The translations under genes were made by a program, and so were the position numbers. A stretch of DNA of 64,000 nt from the NCBI RefSeq assembly GCF_009914755.1, contig NC_060928.1; one strand, given 5' to 3'. Of this stretch, positions 26,421 to 40,429 are shown one piece after another (the stretch's first letter is position 1; the number at the start of each line of letters is the position of its first letter). Below the pieces are notes generated by a model that saw only the letters and a list, made by a program, of their open reading frames with translations, had not been told where the DNA came from and did no database searches. Source of the DNA: the human T2T-CHM13v2.0 reference genome, Homo sapiens.

Positions 26421-29400
26421 TAACCTGATTTTAACCCTACTTTTAAATGTATTAGCCTCTGCATAAATTCTTCTAAAAACATTCAAGTTGTATTTAATAT
26501 TCAAATTTTCTTTCTTCATGTGTTTGGAGAATTTTTCTGTAGCTAAGCTTACAACATAGCCCTGAAAGTATTGTAGAAGCTGCAGGAAAGAAGCCTTGCT
26601 ACCCAGAGCTGGAAGCATCCCGGCTACACACAATGCAAGAGCTAGATTTTGTTCAGAGAACACCAATTCAGATCACATTTGAGATTAAGTAAAGATCATA
26701 TAAGTCCTCATAGTACCAGTAAAATAGGTTAATCAGAATGAATACGGATGAAAGGAAAAAATTACCCTATTCTTTAAATAACCTTTAAGCATTATAAATA
26801 TATTACGGATCTATGTGTACAGAAAAGTATAATAGTGGAAACCTATGAATAAAATACTGTATCTTTTAAAGTGTGAGTATATGTTATTTTCATTATCCAC
26901 AAAGTGGGATGCTTTCAGTTCAGGTTAATTCTCAATATGGATCTTCAGGAATCTTTACCAAAAAGATTTTTCTTAAATACACAATTACATGTAGGGTAGA
27001 ATTAAATTGGTTAAATGTTTATAAGTTAGATCATTTCAAGTCTCAAAAAAACTTGCCTATGAACTATTCACATATGGCTGATTTGAGCCTTTGAGAACTT
27101 TCTTAGTAAGATGCAATATACAATTAAGGATATTAATCTGACTTGGTTAGGGGAAATTCTATCTGGACTTCAAAATCTCCCTGTGAGAGTTTCTAAAAAC
27201 ATATTTAGTGGATTTTCCACTTCTGTTTTCAAGCAATAATTTATAGGCCTCCAAAAATAGTTCATGTATTAGTGATATCCAAAATAGCAGGCAAAGTTAT
27301 TATAATATTACTAATACTCACTTCACAAGATCACTAAAATTACTTAGTATAACACGAATTTAAAAAATGAACAATGCCTGATCCCCATGTCTAAACCAAC
27401 ATTTTTTATTTATTTAATGGCTTCTGGGTTTCCTGACATATTAGTGGCTGACCCAGTTTTACACATAGATTGAATTCAGCCACTTTTAATGCTGAAAGTA
27501 ATATTATCAAGAAGATAGCTTTTGTCCAGAACCTTCTTTTTCATATGTGCATGTTTGCATTCTTCAAAAAATGTAAACAAAAGTATTATCAACACATTCC
27601 ACTCTAGAAAAATTGTAGCAATTCTTTATAAGCAAAGAGTTAATTATTTCAGAGCTATTTAATATAGACTGTTCCTATTTAGAGTATGTCTCAAATATAA
27701 GATGAATTACTCGACAGCTGATAAAGGCTATAGAAATTCCTAATTCACATAATAGTAAAAAAATAATCCCCAGGCTTCAGGCATTTCAGTAAATAAAAAA
27801 TGTAAAAGGCAGGAATAAATGAAAGAAATATCTGCAATGATAAATGTAAAGTAGAGAGAAAATTAGGTCACTAAATGGAGACATGTATAATGAATCATTT
27901 GATGTCATATGTAAAAGACTGTTCAGTATTTATTGAAAAATGATTTGTAAATAGAAAGTTCATATACAAAGCATTAGTTTTAATCTGAGAAAAATAAATG
28001 ATTCTGTCATAATTAACATATTTATTACATGAAGAACACATTGCAATTCATTCCTTCTGTTCATGACAATATTAACAAATACCCCATGCATTGAATTTCA
28101 GGCTCTTCGGGATGATGAAGGAAAATGCAGAGCAGTTACAATTCTGAAATTAATGGTTATTTCTAAGAATCAGTCACATTTCAGAACATTGACCACTGTA
28201 CATAAAAAAAGTCATTGTCTTTTTAAGTTTTTTCTTAAAAAACTAATTTTTGTGGATAAAAATTTATTTGTTAGTTATTGCTTTTAGATAGCTTGGGGCC
28301 AAGAACAATTGGCTCTGGGTTCAATTGGGTAATTGCTGTGCTTGAATTTTAACATATTGAGAGACAAATCACTGTGTGTTTTGATATACCTTAAAAAAAC
28401 ACTTCTTTTCCCTTTAAATTTTAAACTAACATAAACTTCTCAGCAATGAGCAATCAACAACATCTTCTACAGAAGCAGTAATATGTTTAATTTTTAAATT
28501 AATTTTACTTTATAAAAACAATTTCTCTTCATCATTTTGTATACCAATTCACTGAAATCAGGAAATTGGTGGCCTTTTAATATACAAATCACAAAAATTT
28601 AAAAATAATATTCTTAGTGTTTCACTTGAAGTTATGTTATTTCATCTTTTATTCCAACAAATGTTTAATTGAAGTAAATGGAAGGGAGTTTGTCCATGAT
28701 AAACGATATGATCTTAATTGTGTTTTGCTATATTGTTTTTCCTCCCCTGGGTGCAAAAGGGGTAGGACTAGAAAAATCCCTGCTTCCCATTCATTTAACA
28801 AACATATTCACCTACAAAATAACTCCATCCGCTCCCTCCCATTTGTGTTTCCCAAGACTGCAGAGTTTACGCACATGTGCATCAACACCTGAGAGTGACA
28901 GGGTCTGATGTGTGTCTTCCTGCAGATGCAGTGCTCATGGCCATGAGGGAATGGATGTGTAATGCTGTGCTGATACCAGCCAAGTAATATAATGTGGTGC
29001 CATCAGGAACATTATTCATAGTTGATGAACACATACCTTTTCTAGTGAAACACATACATTTCAGAAAGAAATGCATAGATCATTTACTGAAGCACATTTA
29101 TTATAGCAAAATGTGTACCTCAACTAATGAAACACATAGATCATAGAGTAAAATGATTATACTTATATTGAGCAGGTTTAACCATTTACGGATATTTTAG
29201 CAACAAACCAGTTTTTGTTCAGGCCAAAATTCAGGCCAAAACTGAATTGACAAATAAACTAAATATTTGTATGGGTTAAATACGACACAATATTTAATTA
29301 TTTAATTGTATTTTGTATTTGACTGGCTATTTAAAACAATGAAGTTTTATGCATCTCCAGCTCTACAGTTTTAGCTACAATCACTTATGCACAAATAACA

Positions 29401-30819
29401 GGATGTATCTTTTCACATGCTTTCCAATGGATTAACCAGGACTAAATATGAGTAGCAACGAGAAACTGAAATATGATGTTTAGGGAAGGCAGGGAGCATT
29501 TGGGGGTGCCAATTTATTGCCTCCCTTCAAATAAAATTTAGCACTTGCATTTTGACACAATTGTATTCTAGGACTAGCAGCACATCTTGACATAATCTAC
29601 CTTTATCTGCAGTAACAAATGCCAAGAAAATCCAGAAATAGGATGTGAGTCAGTGCCCCTGCCCCTCCAGGGTCAGCAATAAACTATCAATTCCCACTGT
29701 ATAAATTCAGTTAGCCCTGGCTCTCTATTGCCCTGAGGAATAGAATGGGTCAAACACTTTGTTTATGACTAAGGAATCTCTCAGTACACCAAGCTTTGAC
29801 CATAACCCTAACTCACCAGAGCTGGGGATAGATGTGAATTCCAGGCTCTTGCTTTAGTGAGAACATAATTCACATGGACAAACATTGCACTGAGAGACTT
29901 TGCAGGATTGATCTGATTTGTATCATTGTTCTGTGTTGTGTGTGAAAGACTGTTTTAGCCTGGGTTTCTCTTGAAGTCATGCAGAATGGCCTCTACCAAC
30001 TTGGAACTTAATTTTGAAAAGCAAAACTAAATTGAAGAATTATCTTCTCTATTTAGCTTCTCTTCAATCCTACTAGTACATGAGTTGAACAAAGGTAGGA
30101 GAAGTAAAAGGAAAAAAGCAAAATCAAATGTAAAAAAAAATTCTCAAAGGAAGGCAAGCAAAGTCTTTCTAGGTGCATAATATAAACGTTTTTTTTTCAT
30201 TATTTAATGCAACTTCTCAGCCCAAATTTCAAATGCTTATCTATATTCAGAAGAAGTAAATCTTAAGTTTATGTATCATTTTTTTTAGGATCTTCTCGTT
30301 GAGATTCAAGACATTCTTCATTTTAGAATGAGACATTGCCCTGCTGATGTTTGTAGCTGACTTGAGAACTGCCATCCTTTCCAACTTTGACTTGAGAACT
30401 TAGTTACAGATGTTCATTATATTTGAAAGATTCCATTTTTAAATGTATAGTACATCATGATTAAATCTTTCATTTGTAGTTTTTTTATGTTCCCCTCCCC
30501 CATACTGTGAAGCCTTGAATCCTTGGGTATAAGAGGTATAGGAGATAAAATTGAATTGACTAGAATATTCAACATAATAAGCAATGAATTTTTGCTGAGA
30601 TTCTCCACTTTTTCTTAAGTTATAGGAGCTCATTTCATTATTTGTTGAACCCTCCAGTGACCCTGGGATTTCACTATATAATTTATGTTTCCTGATACAA
30701 TTCAACAGTGTAATCTTATGATTTATGTGCTTCATTTATAATTTGATCATCTCAGTATAATGCATGTTTTTCTACATGATTTATGTACTTTATCCCATAA
30801 TATATGTGTTTCACTGTAT

Positions 30820-31080
30820 GATATATGTATTCATCAGCTATGTATTATGGCCCTGGTGGCACATTCCTAGAAGAGGAGGCAGAATACCCCAGCCTGAGGG
30901 TAAGTCCTGAGGTTAATTGCAATCAATTCACCTTCCACACAATTACACTTTCATCTGCTGGAGCTTGTGAAGTGAGCATGCTTAACATGGCAGCAGCAGG
31001 GAGGCAAGTGTGCCAGTTTCTTTTTTTCTAGATCCAAGAAAAAGCAGATTCCATCAGCAGATCAGGAAATTGGAGCCCTA
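30820..31080. promoter_or_regulatory. Candidate enhancer-like block
   Basis: GC-richer island with no repeat recognised; TTAATTGCAATCAATT, CAATTA and CATCTG motifs. Confidence 0.35.
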
Positions 31081-31389
31081 CAATATGGTTTTCTCCAAAA
31101 AAACAACAACAACATATTTTCCATATTATTAATCACATTTCCATTTTTCTGATATAACCTGATTTAAGCTATAATAAATACATATTTACAGAAAGACTGG
31201 AAACAAATAAACTTTCATTTCAAATAAGCAGTTTTTAAAAATAGTAATTATTTAAGAATCATTGAAACCTCTCATAGGGAGCTCTCCACAAAGCATACTT
31301 TCAAAAGGACTTTCACTAAACTCATTTCTTCAACAAGCATCACTGAGTTCTGTCAGGCATTTTTATTTTCTGAAGGCTTCTTTTCTGTT

Positions 31390-32090
31390 ACATTTACTCA
31401 TCCATTCATTTACTCAACAAATATGTATTGAGCTCTTCCTTTGTTCCAGGCTAGTATAAAACAGACCAAAAGCCTGTCTTCATAATGTCTGTATTCTGTG
31501 GTAGGAAACAGAAAATAAGCAAAATGAGTAAGTAAAACAAATGATACTGTAGACCGGGATATGATATGGGCTATAGAGCAAAATAAAGCAGGGAAAGGGA
31601 ATAACGTTCCTAGTTGGAATTATGACATTTTTAAAATTAAGTTAGGCATTTGATAAAAGCTACACTGAGGAGGAGAGATATTTGAACAAAAGGAGCAAGG
31701 GGAAGAGAGGAGGAAGATGAGTTCAGAGAGGTGGTAAGTAGAAGGTAGATCGAGCAGGGCCATGTGGACCATTGCCAACATTTTAGATTCTACTTCGAGC
31801 AAGGAGGGAGGCCTGTGATAAACACAGAGAAATAACAGGAGCTGACTTCTGCTTTGAAAGGGCCACTCTGGGTGCTCTACGGACCCATCTGTATGAAAAG
31901 ATAGAAAGATGGGGACTAGTTCTGGGCTGCTGAAATAGTCCAGGCCACAGGTGAAAGCAGATTGGTTTAGGGTGACAGTCATGAAGAGACAGTGAAAAGT
32001 AGTTGGACTCAAGATAATTTTTTCAAGGTAAGCTGACAGAATTCTACGAGGGATTGGATATGGAGTGTGGAAGAAAGAGAGAAGCCAACT
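31390..32090 (-). mobile_element. L2 LINE 3' fragment
   Basis: CATTCATTTACTCAACAAATATGTATTGAGC terminus; GGCCACTCTGGGTGCT, AATAGTCCAGGC. Confidence 0.75.
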
Positions 32091-34789
32091 TATTTGCAAG
32101 CACATTAAAGTGGAAGCTTTAAGCAAATACTTGAGTACTGCTGCATTGTTATTCACTCAGATAGTGCATGTTGATAACTAGAAGATTACTGACCACATTA
32201 TTTTAGTTCATGTTTTCTTGATACATATTCACACCATATGAAGTCCATTTCATATCTTTATTTAGTGAGTATCAAATGCTTTACCTTCCAACCTGATTTA
32301 ATCGCCAAACAGGTCAATTTGGTGTGTGTGATTATTTTTATTTCAAGAGTATAAGTAAAGCAAAAGAATGGAGAAAAATGAAAATATATTTAGTTATTGT
32401 GTTTTGATTTGTTGAAATTATTTGAAACAATTCCATTTATATTTTGTAATTTTATCAATACATATCTTAACAAGCAATCATTTACAATATGACTAACATT
32501 TTATGGAATCCCTTAATTACCAATAAGTAAAAAGGTATATAAATATAAATATGTTATTTATGTTTAAAGTAGAATGATGTTTACTTAAAATATTAAAAAT
32601 ATTTCAATATATTTATATATGGTTTTCAAACAAAAAATAACATTTATTTATTGGCCATAAAATAAACAAAAAAAGATATCTAATTCAATATTTCCATCTA
32701 AGCCAAATTTATTTTCAAACCAATTTTAAATTACACTGATATCACTATTGCCTCCTAAACCCTAAAGATAATATAAATGTTACACATTTTCTAAGTCTGA
32801 AAGGTAATTTCATAAATGTTTTAAGACTGGACTTCAGATATGAAATACCTATCTTTAGAAAATAATTATTATTTTGGTACCTATAAGTAGGTTTGAGGAA
32901 AGGAAAGGATTAGAGAAATCTTGACTAATGTTTCACTAAGTTACAAAATTAAAAAGAACATGCCTTGACTAAAACAATCACTTTAAAATACTTATTTTTA
33001 AAATTTAATAAATCAATTTTTACATGTTATTATCAGAAAAGATTTCTTAAAATTATTGGGATTGTGAATTTTGAAAGTAAAAATGATTAGTAGTATTACA
33101 AAAGTAATTTCCCACTGTTTAAATATTATTCAACACCAAAGGATTATCATTATTTCAGTTATTCTAAATATTATACTAAAAGTAAAAAACAAGGAAAAAT
33201 ATATGAAAATGCTTATTATTTCTGTTGGTTTCCTTTTATTTTCCAATAGAAAGTTATGTTTTAATGCAATTTAAAAGTTAGTTTTATAAACTGTGTGTAT
33301 AAAATCATTAAAACTGAGGTTTTGAAGATCCTCCAATATGCAAGATTGGAGTGCATAATTTATGGGGCCCAGGTCCCACTCTGTCTATTCTTCATGACCT
33401 GGGGCACATCATCAACCCCTCTGCATCTTTACTTCTAAAATAGTAACAAATGTAAGAGGTAGTCTATATGGATAAGGAGTGGTTTAATAGAAAATCCCTG
33501 TGCTCCTTCACTTAGGAAGATAATTAGTAAAACTAAAAAGAGTCAAGGCATCCAAGTTTCCATTACACATATATAATTCAAACACTTCTTATGTACTAAT
33601 TACTGTGTTAATTTGTCAGGCGTTCAAAAATAATTAAGATTACCCACTAAAGAATGTATTCATTTACTAGGGGATTCAGTTATTTATAAACATTGTGTTA
33701 AGAGCTATGACAAATAAATAGATAGGGTGCTGCAAAGTGTGAGATAAATTCATCTAACCTGCTTGATCATATCAGAGTGAAAAAAAGGCTTCCATGACAA
33801 TTTCTGGAAAAGGTGGTACATGCACAGAGACACAAAGGATAAGTGCCAACTCATAAAGAGTTGGGGGCATGGTAGTTAAAGAAATTAAAGGAGCAAAGGC
33901 CCAGAGGTAATTGAAATGCTAAGGCTTCAAAGGCCATAAAGATGAGCAGTCAAGGACTTAACCTGGGAGGGTAGACAAAGATCAAATTCCAGGGTATTTG
34001 AATTTTATCCTGTAGAACAGAATTCACCTTCCCTTGTGCTGGCTACACAGGTGTGCTGTGAATGGATTTACAACTGTGATCCATTCAGCTTTAAGGTGAA
34101 AAGAGGGACCTGGTTTAGCCAGAGCCCCAGTTGAGTCACCTCAGACCTTGGACCTTTGTACCCATTTTTTTTTCACTGTGCTCTATAAATATGATCATTT
34201 CCTGTAATGTCATGACATGAAAAAGTTAGCAATCATTCTTTGGTCATAGTAAGTCTTAAATAGTACCTGACAAAAGGCAAGTTTGTTATAGCCAGACATG
34301 TCTGCTCAGAGAGGTAGTCTCCCCACCAACCCAGGACTGCAAATCCCTCCCTATGGCAGGAGAGAACACAAGAGGCAGCAGAACACAAAGGAAGGCAGAG
34401 TGCTCAGTCTGCACCCAGACACAGCAAAGCTGCAATGCCACACAGCCATTTCTGGGTAATGAGGGAAGCTGGCAGCCAGAATTTTCCAGAGCACATTGGA
34501 AGGAAGAAAATCCTCCATAGTAATGCCTCTGAAAAACACTGGGCATTTAATAGGAATCTTGAACAAATGTATCTGCAAAGAAATAGGAATGAGGAACCTG
34601 TTATAACAAAAGGGCATTCTAGTACATATCAGCATGGGGCACTCAGAAGAGGCCCGTATAATTCAGCAAGCTCAAGGAAAGGAGAAATCCACAGGCACCA
34701 GAACAGAAACCCACATCTCAGATCTCTCAAAGGGGTTTCTCCAGTTCACTAGTGGTGAGAAGCTGTGTATTTACATTGTATTTAACTAA

Positions 34790-35050
34790 TGTTAGTTAAC
34801 AAACATTTTTCTACTATTTTCAAGATTCCAAGAGCTGTTCTATGCCTTTAACAAATGCGGCTACACCTCATAACAATCCAGTGAGGTTAGGTCAATAGAA
34901 TCTATAAGTATTCTGATTTCACAAATGAAGAAACAGATTCAAAGAGGCTAATAAAAGTTTCAAGATTACACAACTTTAAAGTGATAGAGTCAAGATTCTA
35001 CACATTTGTTTGGCTCCAGAATTGGTGACCTTAACAACTACGCTCTATTA
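34790..35050. mobile_element. MIR SINE
   Basis: CCTCATAACAATCCAGTGAGGT...ATTTCACAAATGAAGAAACAGATTCAAAGAGG core. Confidence 0.7.
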
Positions 35051-35269
35051 TCTCATAAAACTCTACTGTCTATATTCTGTGATTATAATATACTATAACA
35101 TTAGGGCATAGCATAATAAATATATAATATAATATCTATGTATTCAGGTGTACAAAATCTATGTAGCTTTCAGTTACTAATGTTTTTACTCCCAACGATC
35201 CATTTTCCATATAGCAATAAAGAAAGCTCCCCAAAATATTAACAAAATACAGTTTATACATTATCTTCC

Positions 35270-35780
35270 ATGAAATCCTTCAGAGGCTTCCCATGGTTCA
35301 TAATTTAAAATCCACAGTTGCTACTACGGTTTAAAGATAATATATTATCCATTTCAACCTTTAGCTCCCAGGGTCATAAAATTCTCTCCTTTTATCACTC
35401 AAAGCATGCTATTCAATTCGCTTGTTTTTGTTCTTCACAAGACTCTTTGGTGGTAGACTCCTAATCATTCAGATTGTTCCCCTAGTGCCATCTGTCATAA
35501 CTCTTCATTGATCATCCTATCTAAAATAGACCCTTCCCATACCTTTTTTAACATCATCTTGATTTCCTCCATAATATTTATCATTCTTCGAAAAAATATT
35601 TTTAATTTGGTTACTTGTTACTATGTATGTATTATGCCTGTTGTAGAATATTAACACATGAAAGCAGGAACTTTTCATTCTGTTCACTTACATGTGAGTC
35701 ATGCCAGTACCTAGAACAGTGTGACATTACCTAGACAATTGGTGCTCAGTACTTCTGGAATAAGTAAATGCATGAATCAT
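35270..35780 (+). mobile_element. L2 LINE 3' fragment
   Basis: CATGAAAGCAGGAAC...CCAGTACCTAGAACAGTG...AAATGCATGAAT. Confidence 0.6.
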
Positions 35781-37699
35781 CCAAGGAAACAGATTGGCTA
35801 AAAGCTTTCATTCAATCAACGATAAAATTCTGTTTACTTCTGAGAAAAAATCATTTTAATGGCTAGTAAAAAATGGGTGATTTATGAAATTTCCTAATTT
35901 TTATAGAATCAGAACAACATAATGCACAAAACTGTGACATTTACAGACCTCCTTTGAATCCTGGCATCTTTAATGACAAGTTCTTTATGAGCTTGGGTAA
36001 ATTATCAAATTTAGTTATGACATAGTTTCCTTAAATTCATATTACATTACCACACAGTGCAATGTATAGACTAAATAAAATAACATATAAATATTTTATC
36101 ATAGAACCTGGTACTCAGTTAATGTTAGCTTTCATTATTACTATTATAAAAAATTAAAATAAAAAATCTCCCTTTTTACATTGAAAATTTCAAAATAAAG
36201 ATATATTGCTTTAAGTATTCACAATAGGGTATAACAATGTATGCTACACCATCACATGATGATACCTTCTTCGAAAATGTGTAAATGAAAGAATAATTGC
36301 TCAATTTCAAATGATGAGAATTAGATCCAATAATATTATACATTTTTGTATAATGTTAGAATAAGAAGAAAACAGGATTTGTTTAGATTCAATTAAGAGT
36401 AAATGTATAAAAATTATCCTATTTGATTTTGGCAAAAAAATATGAAATCTGCCCTATTAAAATAGTCAACATATTTATATTTAATATATTCAACCCATAG
36501 CAATGTTCAATTATAAAAATTCAAAAGGCATACTTAATACATAATAGTAATGACATGCAACCTATATCTATTTGTCAGTTCAATGACAACCATAGTATGG
36601 CATTAGTTTGGTGACATCGCAGTTATGCAAAAGGAGTCCAAACTTTGTATAAAGTATTAGTTACCCCACCTAAGTAAAGTGACATACAATAATTCTGTAT
36701 AGCTGTTTTAATAAGATACACAAGGTGGTCATCCTTCAGAATGCTTCGAAATCACATTTCTGTGGCCAGTAGCCATTGGACTTGCAGATTCGTTTCCAAT
36801 CAGTGTTACTAAATGTGTATACATTTTTCCCCAATCTCATAAACACCTCATTGGTCAGTTGTTCAATTATAATGAGAATAGAATTTTGTCTCACAATTTT
36901 CAGTACTTCTTCATTAAGTCTGGGCCACCCACTTACCTCCAAAAATCATTTCTTACTTAATTTCTATTCAAACTGGAACTTTAGAGGAACTGTAAGTCAA
37001 GAAGAAAATCTCAGGCATATTGAACATTATATATTGGTTGACTGATAGTTTTTGCCAAATTTTTTGCAATAAATAAATGCTGGAAAATATTATTTCACTG
37101 TAAACAGTAAGCGTAATTCTTATGAGTCATACCTGGAAAGTTATGAAAGCAAAATATCCAGGTTGGACAGCCAATGGCCCAGCTTAACTAGAATCATAAA
37201 ACATGGCCTAGCTCGTCTGGTGGTTGTGTATATTAGAATGCATGTTATTTATTATTATCTATATGTATTTTTATAATTATTTCCAGCAGGAAGTTTTTTG
37301 AATAGAGTAAAATTTCAAAATTGAAGTAGGAAAAGGCTTGGAGTGAACTTTATATTTCTCTGTGGTTATTTGTTTAGTTTTGGAAACCCATGTTATAAGA
37401 GTGAGAAAGCTAGCTCTCTGTCTATAGCACAAAATTCAGATGGTCTGTCTGGGAGGCACAGTAGTGAATAAACACAAGGGGTCACCAGCTATTTTCAAAA
37501 TTTCATATCTAAAGGAGCTTGTTCCTTGACTTTGGGGTGCATGGTTTCACTCATTACAAGTTAAACCATTGCTAAGGGGCCCCCTTTCCAAATGGACATC
37601 TTCCTTTACAAGTTAAAATCCATAAATCACATATCAAATGCTTTCTAAGAAAAAGAAAGCCTATTTTTGGTTTCCCCTAGAAAACAAGCAAACTTGGGA

Positions 37700-38400
37700 A
37701 GGGGGGAAGTGAAATAAATGAGTCTGGTAAATTATAGTTATCAGACCATCTATGAAAAATCTCAATTATCCAGCCCCCTCTGCTGCTTCAGCCAGGATTC
37801 CACACTGGCAGTTCTGTGGAGCTTAATAACTCTAAAAGCGTCTAGATTTTCTTTCATTGATCAGATTGTCCTCTTTTCCTTTCTGATTTTCATCTGTTTG
37901 GAAGTGAAGGTGAAAAAGAGGTTCCTTGAAGCAGCTCAGGAAGGAAGAAAAAATTTAAAAGGCCCAAGCAAATAAACTGTTAAACTGCAAGCAGCGATGT
38001 ACAACACAGCTCTCTTTACATCAGGCTTGGGAGGCATTTTACTGAACTGTCTGTGAAAGAGCTATGTAAAGCTAGGGGATTGAGGGAGTTGAAGTGAGAA
38101 GGCACAAAATTGTAATGCTTCCCAGAGCGGTCCAGCTCAGTTCCATCCCCCAAGGCGCCTCCCCCCACCCCTTCCCCCCTTCCTCCCTTCCTCCTCTAAT
38201 GAGAACACATTAAACCTTTCTCAATGCCCTGATGTGCTCCTACACTGCAGAATCCTTGCATTGCAATGCACAATGCAGTCCGAGGATTTCTAACATTATA
38301 AAGAGAGAGAAAATGCTTTCTAGACAGCTCATCCAACCCCTCCCTGGCGCTCAGCAGGGATTTAAGTGTGTCTACTTCTACTGAAAGTAAATGCACGTTT
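37700..38400. promoter_or_regulatory. Candidate enhancer-like block with a G-quadruplex motif
   Basis: No repeat recognised; C-tracts at 38161-38187; palindrome TGCATTGCAATGCA at 38257-38270. Confidence 0.35.
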
Positions 38401-40121
38401 TTGCCCCCAACTGAAGGGACTTTTTCCCTGTTTCCTGCTCACAAAGGCATCTGTATATTCTCTCCGAATCTTACTCTTACACTGTAGACATTGTCAGAAT
38501 TTGGAATTGTAGACCACACACACATAGTTTATGCTCTCGGTTTATAATACCTTTACATTTTATTTCCTCACACATATTGCCCATTATTTTTAAGCTCTTC
38601 ACGGAGATAAAGGAAATGTTTAACAAAGCTAGGAAAGCTGGAAGTCCAAATTAATTTCAGGAATAATTTCATCACTTAATTCCTATTTTGTTTTTATACT
38701 TTCTCAACTGTGTAGGAATCCGAGATTACATTTTCAAAGAAGTATCCAAAAAACTTCCACCATCCAGCCTCCTTTGACTTCAGTGAAGATTTCATATAAA
38801 TAATTAAAATGAGGGTGCCTCTTCCTGCAGGATTTCCAAGATTATTTATGTACTATATTCAGTGAAGAAAAACTCTGAATGTTCTTTGCATGAGAAATGC
38901 TTTCCATAGACCCACATTCTGCTGTAGCTCAGCCCAAGGACAGTTTCTGAGTCACCAACAGGCACTACAAATGATGGACAGCAGGATGAAACCTCTGGTC
39001 TGACCAGAGGTTAAATACTTGTAGGAAACCAAGCAGCTTCCCAACCCCTGCTACTGTCCTGGGTCCCTCCCCTGCTGGCAGAGTATCGGCAACATTTATG
39101 AAACATTGACCTGATAAAAACAAACGCAACACAATGATGGCTTTAAAATAGGAGAAAGTTTGACTTATCTAGTGGAGGGAGGATGCATGAAGGTTTGTAG
39201 TTTTAGTCATTTTAGGTGATTCTTTTGTTATAGTTGTTTCTCGGAATTTAACAGTTAACTCCTGCCCCTACCCCCAAAGCAGTTCATCTACTAAAACAAG
39301 CTCGTAGTGGCAAGTGGAAAAAATAAACCATAATGTTCAACTTTTTATACTTTCATCAAGCCAGAGAGCTAGCAGAGTTGGTGCTGGATGGGATTATATG
39401 ATAGAGATATGCGGTGTAGGCTCCAGGTGAAAAATTGAATGTACATTGTTAACTGATAACTGGGCATTGGAACTCCAGTCAAATTAAAGGGATCAACTAT
39501 CAATATTTGTATTTACTTGCCCTGTATTTTCCTGAGCTTGTTTTTGAGAGGGAAAATACCACCGTCCCCACCCCTTTCAAGCTAAAATGAACAGCTTCAT
39601 CAGTCTCAGACTGTCTATCTGACACAGATTCGTGGTCAGTTTAGAACAAAGCAGTCAAGCAGAATGCTGGGCACCTGGATGACAGAGCTGCTGGATAAGG
39701 ATTTGCTATGTTTTTCTTTTGTTTGCTTTTTGCCAATTATTTTTTGTTCTTTGTCTTCTAGGTCTAACTTCTATCTAATATAATTTATTCAAGTCAGCCT
39801 ATATTATTGACTAACACCTATGTACAAGGAAATTAAGAAATGTGGTGACAACTGGGAAAGGTGGTTGATATTATAGTCAAGGTCTCCTTGCCACAGGTTG
39901 AGCAGGGTTTTTTGCCCAGTGTGTGACAAAGTGATTTTCTCCTACACAGTTCTCTAGCTTTCCTGATAGATTTGCACCCAGTCTTTAGTGGGTCACTGCT
40001 TATTCCAGGCTTACAGCAGGCTCCTAGATATAAGATGCCCACTTCTCCTTTGCAAACCAGAAGACAACTTGCTCAGCCAAAGGGCATGAGGAGGTGTGTA
40101 GGCCCTAGTAGTCATTTATTA

Positions 40122-40132
40122 CTTTTGGGTTT

Positions 40133-40164
<32 letters not shown>

Positions 40165-40429
40165 GAGACAGGGTCTCGTTCTGTGGCCTAGGCTGGAGTG
40201 CAGTGGCATGTTTACTTTGACTGCAGTCTTAAACTCTTGGGCTCTAGTGATATTCTAATCTCAGCCTCCTGAGTAGCTAGAACTACAGGCACGTGCCACC
40301 ACACCCAGCTAATATTTTTATATTCTTTTGTACAGATGAGGTCTTGCTCCGTTGTCTAGGCCTCAAGTGATCCTCCTGCCTTGGCCTCCCAAAGTGCTGA
40401 AATTACAGGCATGACCGATGCACCTAGCT
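40122..40429 (-). mobile_element. AluJ with internal deletion and (GTTTT)n tail
   Basis: Diverged antisense Alu; 17-bp TSD CTAGTAGTCATTTATTA (40105-40121) / CTAATAGTCATTTATTA (40430-40446). Confidence 0.93.

Noticed and set aside
30846-30862. CTCF-like GGCCCTGGTGGCAC
   Set aside because: Mismatches at core positions in either orientation.
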